A stretch of DNA of 64,000 bases from Gemmatimonadales bacterium (lineage in GTDB: Bacteria > Gemmatimonadota > Gemmatimonadetes > Gemmatimonadales > GWC2-71-9). How positions within the stretch are numbered: position 1 is the first letter of the stretch; every line of letters begins with the position of its first letter. The position numbers and the translations under genes are program-made. Location: positions 5,520 to 69,519 of the forward strand of contig JBHEPH010000009.1 in NCBI GenBank assembly GCA_046260395.1, read 5' to 3'. Below are positions 1-9,983 of the stretch, in pieces. Under the pieces are notes generated by a model that saw nothing but the letters and a program-made list of their open reading frames with translations, did no database searches and was not told the origin of the DNA.

Positions 1-1261
1 CGACCATCGGGTACCGGTACAGTTGCGTAAAGCCGACGGCGCCGATGAATTCCCGTCCATCCGGTGAGATCACATAGTCGCCGAGCGAAGGCAGCACCCC
101 GGCCACCAGCGTGGCGGCGGTGTCGTGGAGGGCCAGTCGCATGGTGCGGTTCTCGCCGTCCGCAGCGGAGGAGGTGAAGAGCAGGGTGCTCCCGTCTGGC
201 GACAGGGCCAGTTGCCGCTGGAGCCCAGTCGCCACCCCGCCCAGTGTCGGCAGGGGAATCGAGAGCCGCGATGGCGGGCCCGCGTTCCCAGCCGGACGGG
301 GGCGGAGCCAACCCCACGCCGCGACCGCGGCCGTCAGGAGGAGGGCGACGCCCAGGAGGGCCGGTTGGGCTGATGGCCAGATGGCCCGATGACTGGCGGC
401 GGCGTTCCGGCCCCCTGACCCCCTCGCCCTTTGGCCTTCCCCACCCAGCGCCGCACTGAACTCCGCCGCCGAGGCAAACCGGTCGGCCGGCAGCTTGGCC
501 AGGGCGATCAGCACCGCGTCCTCCACCGCCGCCGGGATCGTCTTCCGCCGCATCGTCGGCGGCCGAGGATCCTCGGTGATCACCTGCGCCACGATCGCCT
601 GCGCCGTCGAGCCGGTGAAAGGTGGGTCGCCGGTCAGCATCTCGTAGGTCACACACCCCAAGGCGTACACATCGGAGCGGGCGGTGATGTCCCGTTCGCC
701 CATCGCCTGTTCAGGACTCATGTAGTGCGGCGTACCCAGGCTCATTCCCGTCTCGGTCATCCGGCTGCCGCCGGCGTCGCTGGCCGCCAGCGCGATGCCG
801 AAATCGGCCACCAGCGCCTGGCCGTCGTGGAGCAGGATGTTCTCGGGCTTGATGTCGCGGTGGATCACCCCATGCCGGTGGGCGTAGTCCAGGGCACTGG
901 CCACCTCGCGACTGATGCGGACGGCATCGTCAATCGAGAGTTGTTTCTCACGGGTGAGGCGGTCGCGCAGCGTCTCACCGGCCACGAAGGGCATGACGTA
1001 GAAGACGGTGCCGTCCACGGTGCCCGAATCGAAGAGCGGCAGGATGTGGGGATGCTGCAGGTTGGCGGTGGTCTTGATCTCGTGGAGGAACCGCTCGGCG
1101 CCGATGACCGCCGCGAGTTCGGGCCGCAGCACCTTGAGCGCCACCTGGCGGTCGTGCTTCAGGTCGTGGGCCAGATAGACCGTGGCCATGCCGCCAGCCC
1201 CAAGCTCGCGCTCGAGGCGGTAGCGGTCGGACAGGCTTGCCCTGAGGCGCGCAAGGCTCAT
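1..1261 (-). CDS. Receptor-type Ser/Thr protein kinase K1 (kinase-TM-TolB-like propeller), 3' end runs off the window
   Basis: Not in the ORF track because there is no stop in the window. Manual translation from ATG 1261 gives MSLARLRASLSDRYRLERELGAGGMATVYLAHDLKHDRQVALK...HRDIKPEN...DFG...GTPHYMSPEQ, then TM ALLGVALLLTAAVAAWGW, then LALSPDG/ISPDG repeats. Confidence 0.93.
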   Translation of the reverse strand, partial: MSLARLRASLSDRYRLERELGAGGMATVYLAHDLKHDRQVALKVLRPELAAVIGAERFLHEIKTTANLQHPHILPLFDSGTVDGTVFYVMPFVAGETLRDRLTREKQLSIDDAVRISREVASALDYAHRHGVIHRDIKPENILLHDGQALVADFGIALAASDAGGSRMTETGMSLGTPHYMSPEQAMGERDITARSDVYALGCVTYEMLTGDPPFTGSTAQAIVAQVITEDPRPPTMRRKTIPAAVEDAVLIALAKLPADRFASAAEFSAALGGEGQRARGSGGRNAAASHRAIWPSAQPALLGVALLLTAAVAAWGWLRPRPAGNAGPPSRLSIPLPTLGGVATGLQRQLALSPDGSTLLFTSSAADGENRTMRLALHDTAATLVAGVLPSLGDYVISPDGREFIGAVGFTQLYRYPMV

Positions 1262-1493
1262 GGCCTGGGTTCCAATTCGTGCAGCGCCGAAGGGGCGGTT
1301 GGGAGGCGAGCGGGGGTCTCGGGCAGAAATGGGCCTTGTCCGGGCGAGCCAGGAGCCTGATCAGGGAACACCGGAAGGTACCTCGCCAGCCGGTCGCGCG
1401 ACAACCAGGGCCCGCCGTTCTGGGCCCCGGCTAACATCGGTCATGGGCCAGCGTCTCCGCTGGAGCAGGCTTGATACCCCGGACCGGAGCGAC

Positions 1494-2447
1494 ATGATGT
1501 CCCCCTGGCATTGGCTGGCACACTCTTCCCTCGCGGTGGCTGCGGTGGCCGCGGCAACGGCATGCGGTTCCCTCGAGGACGTCAACGGCCCCGATCCGGT
1601 GGACGCCCCGCTCGGCGCTGACGCCGTCCAACCCTTCCCCATGGACCGCGGTGACGACGGCGCCACTACCCCCGGCAGCTACAAGGGACTCTGGCTCAGG
1701 CTGGTCAACAACGGTGCGCCGATCGTGACGGCGGTGGATGGCATCATTGGCGTGGTCTGCATCGGGATGAGCAACGCCAACCAGGAATGCGGCGATTTCA
1801 TTGCCCGGCGGAATGGTGAATACGCCGCGGCGATCAACCCGGCGGTCCGGGTGGTGAACTGTGCCGTGGGCAGCCACGCCATCGAGCGGTGGATCGACCC
1901 GGCCTTTGACGGCACCCTGTGGGATGCCTGCATCACCACGCGCCTTCCCGCGGCCGGAGTGCGGCTGGACCAGGTGCGGGTGATCTACCACAAGGCGGCC
2001 AACCAGTTCACCACCGGGGCAGGTGGTGTGCCGCTCCCCATGTATCCCGCCGCCGGCAGCGACTACCAGAACTTTCTTGGCAACCTGAGCCAGTTCGCGG
2101 CCCGGGTGAACGCGGAGTTTCCGGCGGTGCAGGCGGTGTACACCAGCTCCCGCAGCTACGGCGGCTTCGCGGGCAGCGCCAATCGGGGAGAGCCGCTGAG
2201 CTATGAGGAGGGCCACGCCCTCAACAGCTGGCTGCGCGCCAACCCCTCGGTGGCCGAGGTCTGGTACGGGTGGGGGCCCTATCTGTGGGCCCCGGCGTGC
2301 GACACCGGGATCACCAACAAGGGCGGCGTCTGCTATGATCGGCAGGACTACGTGGCGGACGGAGTGCATCCCGCTCCACCTGGGCGCGCCAAGATGAGCG
2401 CCCTGTTGCACGCACGGCTGCTGCGGGAGGCGTGGTATCGGCGCTGA
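1494..2447 (+). CDS. Lipoprotein, SGNH-hydrolase-like
   Basis: Lipobox-like AAATAC, block-I-like IGMSN and C-terminal ADGVHP (DxxH). GGAG precedes ATG 1494. An alternative leaderless start lies at 1443 after TAACAT. Confidence 0.65.
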   Translation: MMSPWHWLAHSSLAVAAVAAATACGSLEDVNGPDPVDAPLGADAVQPFPMDRGDDGATTPGSYKGLWLRLVNNGAPIVTAVDGIIGVVCIGMSNANQECGDFIARRNGEYAAAINPAVRVVNCAVGSHAIERWIDPAFDGTLWDACITTRLPAAGVRLDQVRVIYHKAANQFTTGAGGVPLPMYPAAGSDYQNFLGNLSQFAARVNAEFPAVQAVYTSSRSYGGFAGSANRGEPLSYEEGHALNSWLRANPSVAEVWYGWGPYLWAPACDTGITNKGGVCYDRQDYVADGVHPAPPGRAKMSALLHARLLREAWYRR

Positions 2448-2469
2448 GCCGACAGGGGCGCGTGCCGCG

Positions 2470-2501
2470 GCAGCCCGGCAGCCCAGCAGCCCAGCAGCCC
2501 A
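2470..2501. repeat. Octamer tandem repeat (GCAGCCCR)x4
   Basis: gcagcccg gcagccca gcagccca gcagccca just downstream of the SGNH-like gene. Confidence 0.7.
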
Positions 2502-2787
2502 CCACGCAATCACGCGCTCGCACGCGGTGCCACGGGGAAGAGATTTCTGCATCCCGGGAGGCCAACAATCACGGTCCCTCGAAGGGTGGAGTACTGTCTC
2601 GTTCCCCTGATCGATCGACAAACGGGTGTGTCCCACTCAGATTTTATTCGTCCCTCTAGGTGGGACCAACGACGGTCCGGAACGAAGCTTTTGCGCACGC
2701 CCATCGGCGTGAAGGCGGAGTGAGGCCACCGGTCCGGCCACCATCGTTCGCACCGACAACTCGAATCTGGAAAGAGACAGCTTTATT

Positions 2788-4833
2788 ATGCCGCGACTCC
2801 ATCGTTTGCTCCCGGGAGGGCTTGCCCTCGCGCTCATTGCGTCATCGGCGACCGTGCTGTCGGGCCAGGGCGTCCGCTTCACCCTCGCGCCATCCGCGGA
2901 ATACATCTGGTGGGACGACGCGCTCCCGATCAAGGATTACACCCTCATCGGCGCGCGCGCGGGCGCTGACTTCGGCCGGCTGATCGGCGTGACCGCCTGG
3001 TATCACCGTGGCACCGACATCCCGGTGATGCTGTCCACGACGAGCCTGCGCAGCTCCGGCGCGCCGTTCGCCAACACCACCACTGATGTCGAGACCTATG
3101 GCACCAATCTCGAGTTCAAGCTCGGCGCCGGTCGCATCGTGCCGTTTGTCCACGGTGGTGCCGGCGTGATCCGGTTCCGACCGGCAGGGGCTCCGCACAG
3201 CGAGCAGGTGAACTACCGCTATGGCGGCGGGATCCAGTACGACGTGGCGCGCAACATCCGTGCGACGGTCCTGGTGGAGGATTCCCGGTTCCGCCTGGCA
3301 CCGGAGGCGCTGTCGGCCCAAACCCCCGATGCCCGGAGTGAGAACCCCAACGCCACCCGCAGAAACTGGACCGCCTCCGCCGCCCTCGGCTTTGCCCTGG
3401 GCGGATCGCGGTACGGCCCGACGGCCGGCGCCGACCAGTGGTCGTTTGCGTCCATCCCGATCGAGCCGTTTGTCGGCCGGCTCGACTTTGACGATGACAA
3501 CCTGCGGCGGCAGACCGTCGCCGGCGTGCGGGCCGGGGTGGACTTTGGCAACTACGTGGGCCTGCGCGGCGTGTACTGGCAGGGCCGCAGCGACGGCCTC
3601 GGCACGCGCCAGCCGATCCAGGGCTACGGCGCCGAGGCACAGTTCAACCTGAACGCGAGCCTGGGCCTGGCGCCGTTCCTCGTCGCGGGTGTCCAGCGCA
3701 TTGACTACCAGGAGGACTATCGCGACGCCCTTGGTCTGATGCGCGAGGACGAGAACGCGCTCGTGGTCGGCGGTGGAGTCGGGGTGCGTCTCACCGACAA
3801 CTTCCGGCTCAACGTGGCGGCTCGTGACTACATCCGCAGCAGCCGCGACTTCGAGGATATTGCCAGCGTGGACAACCTGACGCACAACTGGATGCTGAGC
3901 GCCGGATTGGCCTTCAACCTGGGTCGCTCGCGCGATCGCGCCGACGACGACACCCCGCAGGCACGGGAGCGGATGGTGGAGCGGGAGCGCGACGAGGCCG
4001 ACCGGGAGCCGCGGGACGCGGCGATGCCGCGGATGCGTCGCGGCGAGGCGATGGACACCATGCGCGGACGGATCATCATGCTGCCGGTGCCTGAATCCGG
4101 CGAGTTGTATGTCCGGTATGGCCAGGCCTCCACCAGCCTGATCGAGCGCCTCTCCCAGGGGGACAGCCTGTTGGGGCGCCAGACGGCCACCCTGTCGGAT
4201 GCCGACATTGACCGGATCGTCCGCCGGCTCTCCGACCACATTGACCGCATCCTTGAGCAGCGCCTCCAGCGGATGCAGATGCCGCCGGCACAGCAGCAGC
4301 GCACCCCGGTGCAGCCGCCACCGCCCCCCGCTCCAGCGGCCGCCGCGACGCCGCGGGCACCCGCGCCAGGGGCCGCCACGCCGCCGCCGCAGGTCCACAC
4401 GCCCGCCGATACCGGTCGCAGGTTTGATGGGGTGGCCGCGTATGTCGCCGGGTTCGATGCGCTGGTGCTCGGCGTGCAACTGGATGCCGGTTCCGTCTTC
4501 GGCCTGGAGGCGCTGCGGTTCGTGCCAGAGTTTGCCGTCGGCCTGGCGGGCGACAAGTCGGTGCTCTTCGCGGCCGGCGCAGAGTATCGCTTTGGGATGC
4601 TGCAGGTGAGTGAATCCGTCCGGTTGCGGCCCCACGCCCGGTTGAGCCTGGGGCTGCTGGCTGCCGGTGGCGACACCGATTCGCAGTTCGGGCCGAACTT
4701 CGCCTACGGCGTCACCTTCGCGCCCAGGGACGGCACCGCTATGGACCGCAAGCCGCGCCTGTTCGTGGAACACCAGGGGATCAGCTTCTTCGACCAGAAC
4801 CGGTTGGCGGGCGGGCTGCGCTGGACGTTCTGA
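2788..4833 (+). CDS. Outer-membrane beta-barrel protein with multiple (probably three) small barrel domains and a Pro-rich linker
   Basis: Signal peptide. Amphipathic strands such as PFVHGGAGV..YGGGIQY and PFLVAGV..GGGVGV..LSAGLAF. Pro/Ala linker and C-terminal GGLRWTF (terminal Phe). Confidence 0.75.
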   Translation: MPRLHRLLPGGLALALIASSATVLSGQGVRFTLAPSAEYIWWDDALPIKDYTLIGARAGADFGRLIGVTAWYHRGTDIPVMLSTTSLRSSGAPFANTTTDVETYGTNLEFKLGAGRIVPFVHGGAGVIRFRPAGAPHSEQVNYRYGGGIQYDVARNIRATVLVEDSRFRLAPEALSAQTPDARSENPNATRRNWTASAALGFALGGSRYGPTAGADQWSFASIPIEPFVGRLDFDDDNLRRQTVAGVRAGVDFGNYVGLRGVYWQGRSDGLGTRQPIQGYGAEAQFNLNASLGLAPFLVAGVQRIDYQEDYRDALGLMREDENALVVGGGVGVRLTDNFRLNVAARDYIRSSRDFEDIASVDNLTHNWMLSAGLAFNLGRSRDRADDDTPQARERMVERERDEADREPRDAAMPRMRRGEAMDTMRGRIIMLPVPESGELYVRYGQASTSLIERLSQGDSLLGRQTATLSDADIDRIVRRLSDHIDRILEQRLQRMQMPPAQQQRTPVQPPPPPAPAAAATPRAPAPGAATPPPQVHTPADTGRRFDGVAAYVAGFDALVLGVQLDAGSVFGLEALRFVPEFAVGLAGDKSVLFAAGAEYRFGMLQVSESVRLRPHARLSLGLLAAGGDTDSQFGPNFAYGVTFAPRDGTAMDRKPRLFVEHQGISFFDQNRLAGGLRWTF

Positions 4834-4843
4834 ACCCTCCCAT

Positions 4844-4863
4844 CCGGCGGCGCCAGCCGCCGG
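4844..4863. terminator. GC-rich hairpin between convergent genes (possible terminator)
   Basis: ccggcggc-gcca-gccgccgg, an 8-bp stem with no U-tract. Confidence 0.3.
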
Positions 4864-4911
4864 TCAGGCCCTCGTCCCGGGAGGGCGCTCCTCGTGGCGC
4901 GGGGGGGCTGC

Positions 4912-7587
4912 TTATCGGGGCACGCTCCGCCGCAACTCCTCGAAGAAGTTCTCGACCACGATCAGGCGGTCCATCCGATCAGGGCCCGGGAAGCGGACCA
5001 TCACGAACCGCTGGTCGTCCGGCGCAATGGCATACTGCTGATGGGCGGCGCTGGTCAGGTACCGGGGCAGCGGAAAGAGCGCCTTCCGCTCCCCGGGTAC
5101 AAAGGGGGGGCCGGTCCTGACCGCCATCACCATCTGCTCGGCGGGGGAGCCAGTGGTGCGGTAGAACAACTCTCGTCCGGAGTGCGCCCAGACCGGTTCC
5201 TGGCCGCCCTGCGCTGAGATCTGCCAACGGCCGTCGCCGGTATTCGGAAACGGGCGGACATACACCTCGGAGGTGCCCGATTCGTCGGAGACGTAGGCAA
5301 GCCAGCGGCCGTCGGGTGACAACGCCGGCGAGGTCTCGTAGGCGGGAGTCGCGATGAGCACGATCGACGAGTCCGTCCCCAGTCGGCGGGCATAGAGATC
5401 TGCCTCACCCACGAACAACCCGGTGCGGTAGACCAGCCACACCCCGTCGCGGGAGAAGGTCACTTCATCGACCGGACGTTCAACGTCGAGCAGGAGCGAC
5501 GCCGGCCGGCTGCCATCCGCGGGCTGCTGGTAGAGATCGCGATTGTCGGCGCGTTCAGACGCGAAGGCAACCGATCGGCCCGCCGGCAACCACGCGGGCC
5601 TCACATTGTTCCTGCCTTCGGTGGTGAGCTTCGATAACGGCCCCTGACCAAGTTCCTTAATCCAGATGTGGGACACGAGTTCGCGAATGCTTACCGCCAG
5701 CCGGAGGCCGTCAGGCGACAAGGCCGGGTCTGCCACCAGGCCCGTCCATTCGGGCGCGACCGGCGTGGCCGATCCGTCCCGACCCACCCACACCACCTCC
5801 TGCGTTCCCCCTTTTCCCACACCACCCGCTGCATACCAGAGGGATCCGGTGGCCGACACGGTCAGATCCACGGCCCCGCCCCCGAAGCGGACCCCAACAC
5901 CCTGTGCCAACGCGACTGGATTGCCGGTGAGTTCCATCCGGTCCTGGTCGAACGGCACGCCCATGAGCGTCCCATCCGCCGTGGCATACACGAGGTGGCC
6001 GGATCCGGCATAGCGGGCAAATATCCCGCGGACGAGGGCGCGGTGCCTTCCGGTGGCCACGTCGAGCACCGCGATCTCGTCGGTTTCCCCGCCCATGGCC
6101 CCAGGACCGCCGCGACTGACGGTGACGAGCACCCCCTTCCCGTTGGGAAGGGCGTCGGGCCACGCGTGCTGCAGCTCGGCCCCCGTCGAGTCCACCTGGC
6201 CGATCGATTCCGCCGGGCCGCCGATCTCGCGGACGCGCATCAGGGGGCCGACACCGAGCTGATCGTAGTAGATGAAGCCGTCATACCCCCAGGAAATGCC
6301 CGGTGCCCCGACGGCGGAGTCGGTGATGGAGACCGGAGCACCACCAGCCAGGGACACCACCCTGATCGTTCCATTGGAGGCCCGGTCCATGAAGGCGATC
6401 CGGGTACCGTCCGGGGAGAAGGCCGGGTTGATGGCGCCGTCGGTGCCGGGCACGGCCGTCGCATCGAGCTGGTCGCGCGAGCGCACGAAGAGCCGCGTGC
6501 TCCGTTCCGAGTCTCCGACGTACACGAGCCGCGATCCATCGGGTGAGATCGCGAGCCGCGACCAGGGGGTGCCGGCCAGCCCCTGGCCCGGGGCCAGCTC
6601 GACGTGATAGCGGGCTACCGGTTGCACGGGCGTGGGGCGCCTGATAGCCCAGAGCAGCGCGGCCGCCAACAGGAGCGCAGCGACCAGCGCCGGGACTGCG
6701 GCGCGGTGCCGCCAGCCACCAGCCGGGCCCACGTGACCCTCGCTCGGCACGCCCCCGGCGCGGAATAGTGGATTCGCCAGCGCCTCGGCAAAGGCCCGGG
6801 CGGTCTCGAACCGGTCGGCCGGCAGCCGTTCCACCGCCTTGGCCACTGCGGCCGCCACGTTTGGCGGGACGGATTTCCGCATTTTCGTGACCGGTGCCGC
6901 CTCCTCCGTCACGATCTTCATGATGATCTGTTGGGCCGAGGCCCCGGTGTGCGGCGGGTTGCCGGTCAGCATCTCGTACAGCACGCTGCCCAACGAATAG
7001 ATGTCCGAGCGCGCCGAGATCTCCTTTTCGGCGGTGGCCTGCTCCGGTGACATGTAATGCGGGGTCCCGAGCGACAGGCCGGTTTCGGTCATCCGCCCAC
7101 CGGCGGCGGCGCTCAGGGCCAGCGCGATGCCGAAGTCGGCGACCATCGGGCGGCCCTCGTGGAGCAGGATGTTCTCGGGCTTGATGTCGCGGTGGATCAC
7201 ACCCTGGCGGTGGGCGTAGTCGAGGGCGTCCGCCACCGCGACGGTGATCTTGACCGCCTCATCAATGCCGAGCTGGGTCTCACGGTCCAGCTTCGATCGC
7301 AGCGTCTCGCCCTGGATATAGGGCATGACGTAATAGAGGAACCCGTCGGCGGTCCCCGAATCAAAGAGAGGGAGAATGTGCGGATGCTGCAGTGCCGCCG
7401 TGGTGGTGATCTCCTGCACGAACCGCTCGGCGCCGAGCACGGCGGCGAGTTCGGGCTTCAAGACTTTCACCGCCACCCTGCGCTTGTGCTTGAGGTCCTC
7501 GGCCAGATACACCGTGGCCATGCCGCCCTGGCCGAGCTCGCGCTCGATGCGGTAGCGGTCGGCGAGGGCCTCGTGAAGTCGTGTCAT
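4912..7587 (-). CDS. Receptor-type Ser/Thr protein kinase K2 (kinase-TM-TolB/PD40 propeller)
   Basis: GQGGMATVY, VAVK, HRDIKPEN, DFG and GTPHYMSPEQ motifs, a TM helix and many SPDG repeats. Confidence 0.96.
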   Translation of the reverse strand: MTRLHEALADRYRIERELGQGGMATVYLAEDLKHKRRVAVKVLKPELAAVLGAERFVQEITTTAALQHPHILPLFDSGTADGFLYYVMPYIQGETLRSKLDRETQLGIDEAVKITVAVADALDYAHRQGVIHRDIKPENILLHEGRPMVADFGIALALSAAAGGRMTETGLSLGTPHYMSPEQATAEKEISARSDIYSLGSVLYEMLTGNPPHTGASAQQIIMKIVTEEAAPVTKMRKSVPPNVAAAVAKAVERLPADRFETARAFAEALANPLFRAGGVPSEGHVGPAGGWRHRAAVPALVAALLLAAALLWAIRRPTPVQPVARYHVELAPGQGLAGTPWSRLAISPDGSRLVYVGDSERSTRLFVRSRDQLDATAVPGTDGAINPAFSPDGTRIAFMDRASNGTIRVVSLAGGAPVSITDSAVGAPGISWGYDGFIYYDQLGVGPLMRVREIGGPAESIGQVDSTGAELQHAWPDALPNGKGVLVTVSRGGPGAMGGETDEIAVLDVATGRHRALVRGIFARYAGSGHLVYATADGTLMGVPFDQDRMELTGNPVALAQGVGVRFGGGAVDLTVSATGSLWYAAGGVGKGGTQEVVWVGRDGSATPVAPEWTGLVADPALSPDGLRLAVSIRELVSHIWIKELGQGPLSKLTTEGRNNVRPAWLPAGRSVAFASERADNRDLYQQPADGSRPASLLLDVERPVDEVTFSRDGVWLVYRTGLFVGEADLYARRLGTDSSIVLIATPAYETSPALSPDGRWLAYVSDESGTSEVYVRPFPNTGDGRWQISAQGGQEPVWAHSGRELFYRTTGSPAEQMVMAVRTGPPFVPGERKALFPLPRYLTSAAHQQYAIAPDDQRFVMVRFPGPDRMDRLIVVENFFEELRRSVPR

Positions 7588-7595
7588 CGGGGCAG

Positions 7596-8357
7596 CTACT
7601 CGGCCCGACGCGCGTCGAGGCGGAGCGCCTCCAACTCGCGGCGCAGCGGGGCCCAGTACGCCCGATCCTCGGCCATGATCGCGGCCTGTTCCGCGGCGAG
7701 CGCCGCCTCAACATCCTGCCCGCGCAGCAGCGCCTGCACCGCCGGGCGCAACGACCGCTCGGCGGCGTCCGGACAGCGGGCCACGAGTTCCGCGAGGAAG
7801 GCCGGCGAGCGGAGCTCCGCCAGCCAGAACGACACCTGGGCCTCGGTGATGTCGCCATCGCGGGCGGCGGCGTACGAGGCGTCCACCAGGCGCCGGAGCA
7901 TCGGCCAATCCTTGTCGCGTTGGGTCTTCTTGGCCGCCACGAGGTCTTCCAGCGCCAGGACCTCGACCAGCACCTCCTCACCGCCCTCCGGATCTGGAAG
8001 GGCGATGGTGGTGCGGCGTTCCCAGAGCACGGGGAAGGGATCCACGCCGCGGAGCCGGCTCATGATGTCCACCCGCAACGGCGCCGCCGTGTCGTCCGGA
8101 ATGCGGAAATGCACCGCATGCCCGCGCTCGAGGTATTGCACCTCAAATGGTGGCACGGCGATCACGGTCGCGTGGAGCGCATCCAGGGCGGCGATGAGCG
8201 CGGGGAGCGCCGGCGGCGTGGCCAGCACCGCCAGGTCCAGGTCGCGGCTATACTCGGCTGCGCCGTACAACACGCACGCCTGTCCCCCCATCAACAGGGC
8301 GCGCGCGTCGCTCCTCCGGATCGTAGAAAGGACTCGCAGGATCTGGGTCGGGATCAC
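7596..8357 (-). CDS. Nucleotidyltransferase (AbiEii/DUF6036-like, pol-beta superfamily), NTase-1
   Basis: MGGQA...SRDLDL (GG..DxD) and C-terminal DLVAAKKTQRDKD motif. Confidence 0.8.
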   Translation of the reverse strand: MIPTQILRVLSTIRRSDARALLMGGQACVLYGAAEYSRDLDLAVLATPPALPALIAALDALHATVIAVPPFEVQYLERGHAVHFRIPDDTAAPLRVDIMSRLRGVDPFPVLWERRTTIALPDPEGGEEVLVEVLALEDLVAAKKTQRDKDWPMLRRLVDASYAAARDGDITEAQVSFWLAELRSPAFLAELVARCPDAAERSLRPAVQALLRGQDVEAALAAEQAAIMAEDRAYWAPLRRELEALRLDARRAE

Positions 8358-8508
8358 TGGTCCCCCCGAGCAGGTGATGCCACGCGGCCAGCCGGACGGA
8401 TTCGGCCCATCGCTGTTGCGGTGTCAGGCGCATCCAGGCGGCGGCTTCCTCGCCGTAGAGCTCGTCGAGGGTGACCCGCGGCCAGGAGGGGTCGAGGCGG
8501 ACCGTCAT
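8248..8508 (-). CDS. Small partner protein of NTase-1 (putative antitoxin)
   Basis: 86 aa, LTPQQRWAES motif. TATCTT -10 box 5 nt before the ATG. Overlaps the NTase-1 start by 110 nt. Confidence 0.65.
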   Translation of the reverse strand: MTVRLDPSWPRVTLDELYGEEAAAWMRLTPQQRWAESVRLAAWHHLLGGTSDPDPDPASPFYDPEERRARPVDGGTGVRVVRRSRV

Positions 8509-8593
8509 GCCGGAAGATAGTCGCACCCCCGAGGCGGAGCGGGATCTCGATCAATGAGGCCTCTCAGGGATTCCGCAAGCCAACACCATGCCG

Positions 8594-9496
8594 CTACGGG
8601 TCCCGGACGGCTCGCAGGAAAAGCTGGTCCCCCGGCACCCCGCGAAACTCGATCGCAGCGGCCCGTGCACCACTCTCGGCCACCTCGATGACCATCTCCT
8701 GCGCCTGCCCGACGACCTCACCGTCGTAGACCATCATCCACCCGTAGGTCTCCACCCCGCGCGGCACCAGGACCCAGGTCGTGCCGTCGAACCAGTCCGG
8801 CGCGTTGCCGCCCTCGACGCGCCAGGCCAGGATCCCGTCGGCCCAGCTGATCACGATGCGCTCAAACAGGAAGGGCCCCTTCCGGAACTCGGCTGGGACA
8901 TCATAGGTGCCAACCAGCGGCCGAGCCACCTGCTCGGCCACCTGCAGATTGATCTCCCCGGCACTCAGCCGCAGCTCGAAGTCCACCGCCTTGTCGGCCC
9001 AGGCCATCTGCACCCGGGAACGCCAGCCGCGGATTTCGTTGATGGACCAGGTCAGTGTCTCCACCGGCTCGATGGTCCTGGCCGTCAGGCGAAAGTGATA
9101 TTGCTCGGCGGTAGAATCGGGGTGGGCAGTATGAAAGAGCCCGGCCCTCGGGTCGAGGATCAGGGACCACTGGTCATCGGCGCGAGGTACCATCCAGACC
9201 GAGTACCGACCGGCCGGCACCGGGGTGCCGTCAATCCGGAAGTCGCGGTCCACTCGCAACACCGTGGCCATGTTGGCGCCCGGGGTCCAGTTCTTTCCCC
9301 AGGGGAGCTGGGTGCCGTACATCACCCGCCCCCGCAGGCTGGGCCGCGATCCGGTAATGCCGATCGTGTCGCCATCCACGATCTGGGTCACGGCAAAGTT
9401 TTCGCTGGCCCGCAGTTGCGCCATGGCCGTGACCGGGACCGCCGCGACCACGGCACCGACGAGGAGAACACTCGACCACCACTCAGTACCGCGCAT
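8594..9496 (-). CDS. DUF2911-family secreted protein with C-terminal extension
   Basis: Signal peptide. SRPSLRGR..LPWGKNWTPGAN..VPAGRYSVW matches the DUF2911 pattern. Confidence 0.8.
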   Translation of the reverse strand: MRGTEWWSSVLLVGAVVAAVPVTAMAQLRASENFAVTQIVDGDTIGITGSRPSLRGRVMYGTQLPWGKNWTPGANMATVLRVDRDFRIDGTPVPAGRYSVWMVPRADDQWSLILDPRAGLFHTAHPDSTAEQYHFRLTARTIEPVETLTWSINEIRGWRSRVQMAWADKAVDFELRLSAGEINLQVAEQVARPLVGTYDVPAEFRKGPFLFERIVISWADGILAWRVEGGNAPDWFDGTTWVLVPRGVETYGWMMVYDGEVVGQAQEMVIEVAESGARAAAIEFRGVPGDQLFLRAVRDP

Positions 9497-9914
9497 CCAC
9501 AGCCTCCCGGATCTGGGCCAGGGTGCGTCCCCGACCGTGCAGTCGTACGACGAACGAGCCGAGCCCGATGCAGATCGGGCACCACTTGCTCATGGAGTTG
9601 TCACCCTCGAAGCAGGTGAGCAGCGAGTAGAACCCCGGCAGCTCGGCGCAGCCACAGCTGCAGCGGATGCCGTCAATGATGTGCGGGACTTTGCGCACCG
9701 CATCGAAGAGCGCGATGAGTTCCTCGTCGCCACCGAGCTGGTCGGCCTTCAGCACCTTGTCGGCGGTGTAGTTGGGGCGCGGCTCGGGGTGCTTGGTGTG
9801 CCAGCGGGCGGCGCCCACCATACCCCGCAGCGGAGGCGGCAGGAGGCTGGCACCCGCGGCCGTGGCCAGCAGCGTGAGCAGGGCCCGTCGGGTGGTGCGG
9901 GGAACAGGGTGCAC
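9483..9914 (-). CDS. PCYCGC-motif-like Cys-rich protein with Tat signal
   Basis: TRRALL twin-arginine signal and RCSCGC...SLLTCF...CPIC. Confidence 0.75.
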   Translation of the reverse strand: MHPVPRTTRRALLTLLATAAGASLLPPPLRGMVGAARWHTKHPEPRPNYTADKVLKADQLGGDEELIALFDAVRKVPHIIDGIRCSCGCAELPGFYSLLTCFEGDNSMSKWCPICIGLGSFVVRLHGRGRTLAQIREAVDARY

Positions 9915-9983
9915 GATAGCAAGCTCCCGGAGGGGGTGGATTCAATGATAGTCGCGTCGCGGGGGGCTGGCCCGCCCTGCCAG

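Noticed and set aside
300-480. Possible frameshift in the K1 linker
   Set aside because: Codon-by-codon reading from ATG 1261 stays in frame through the TM helix and into the propeller.
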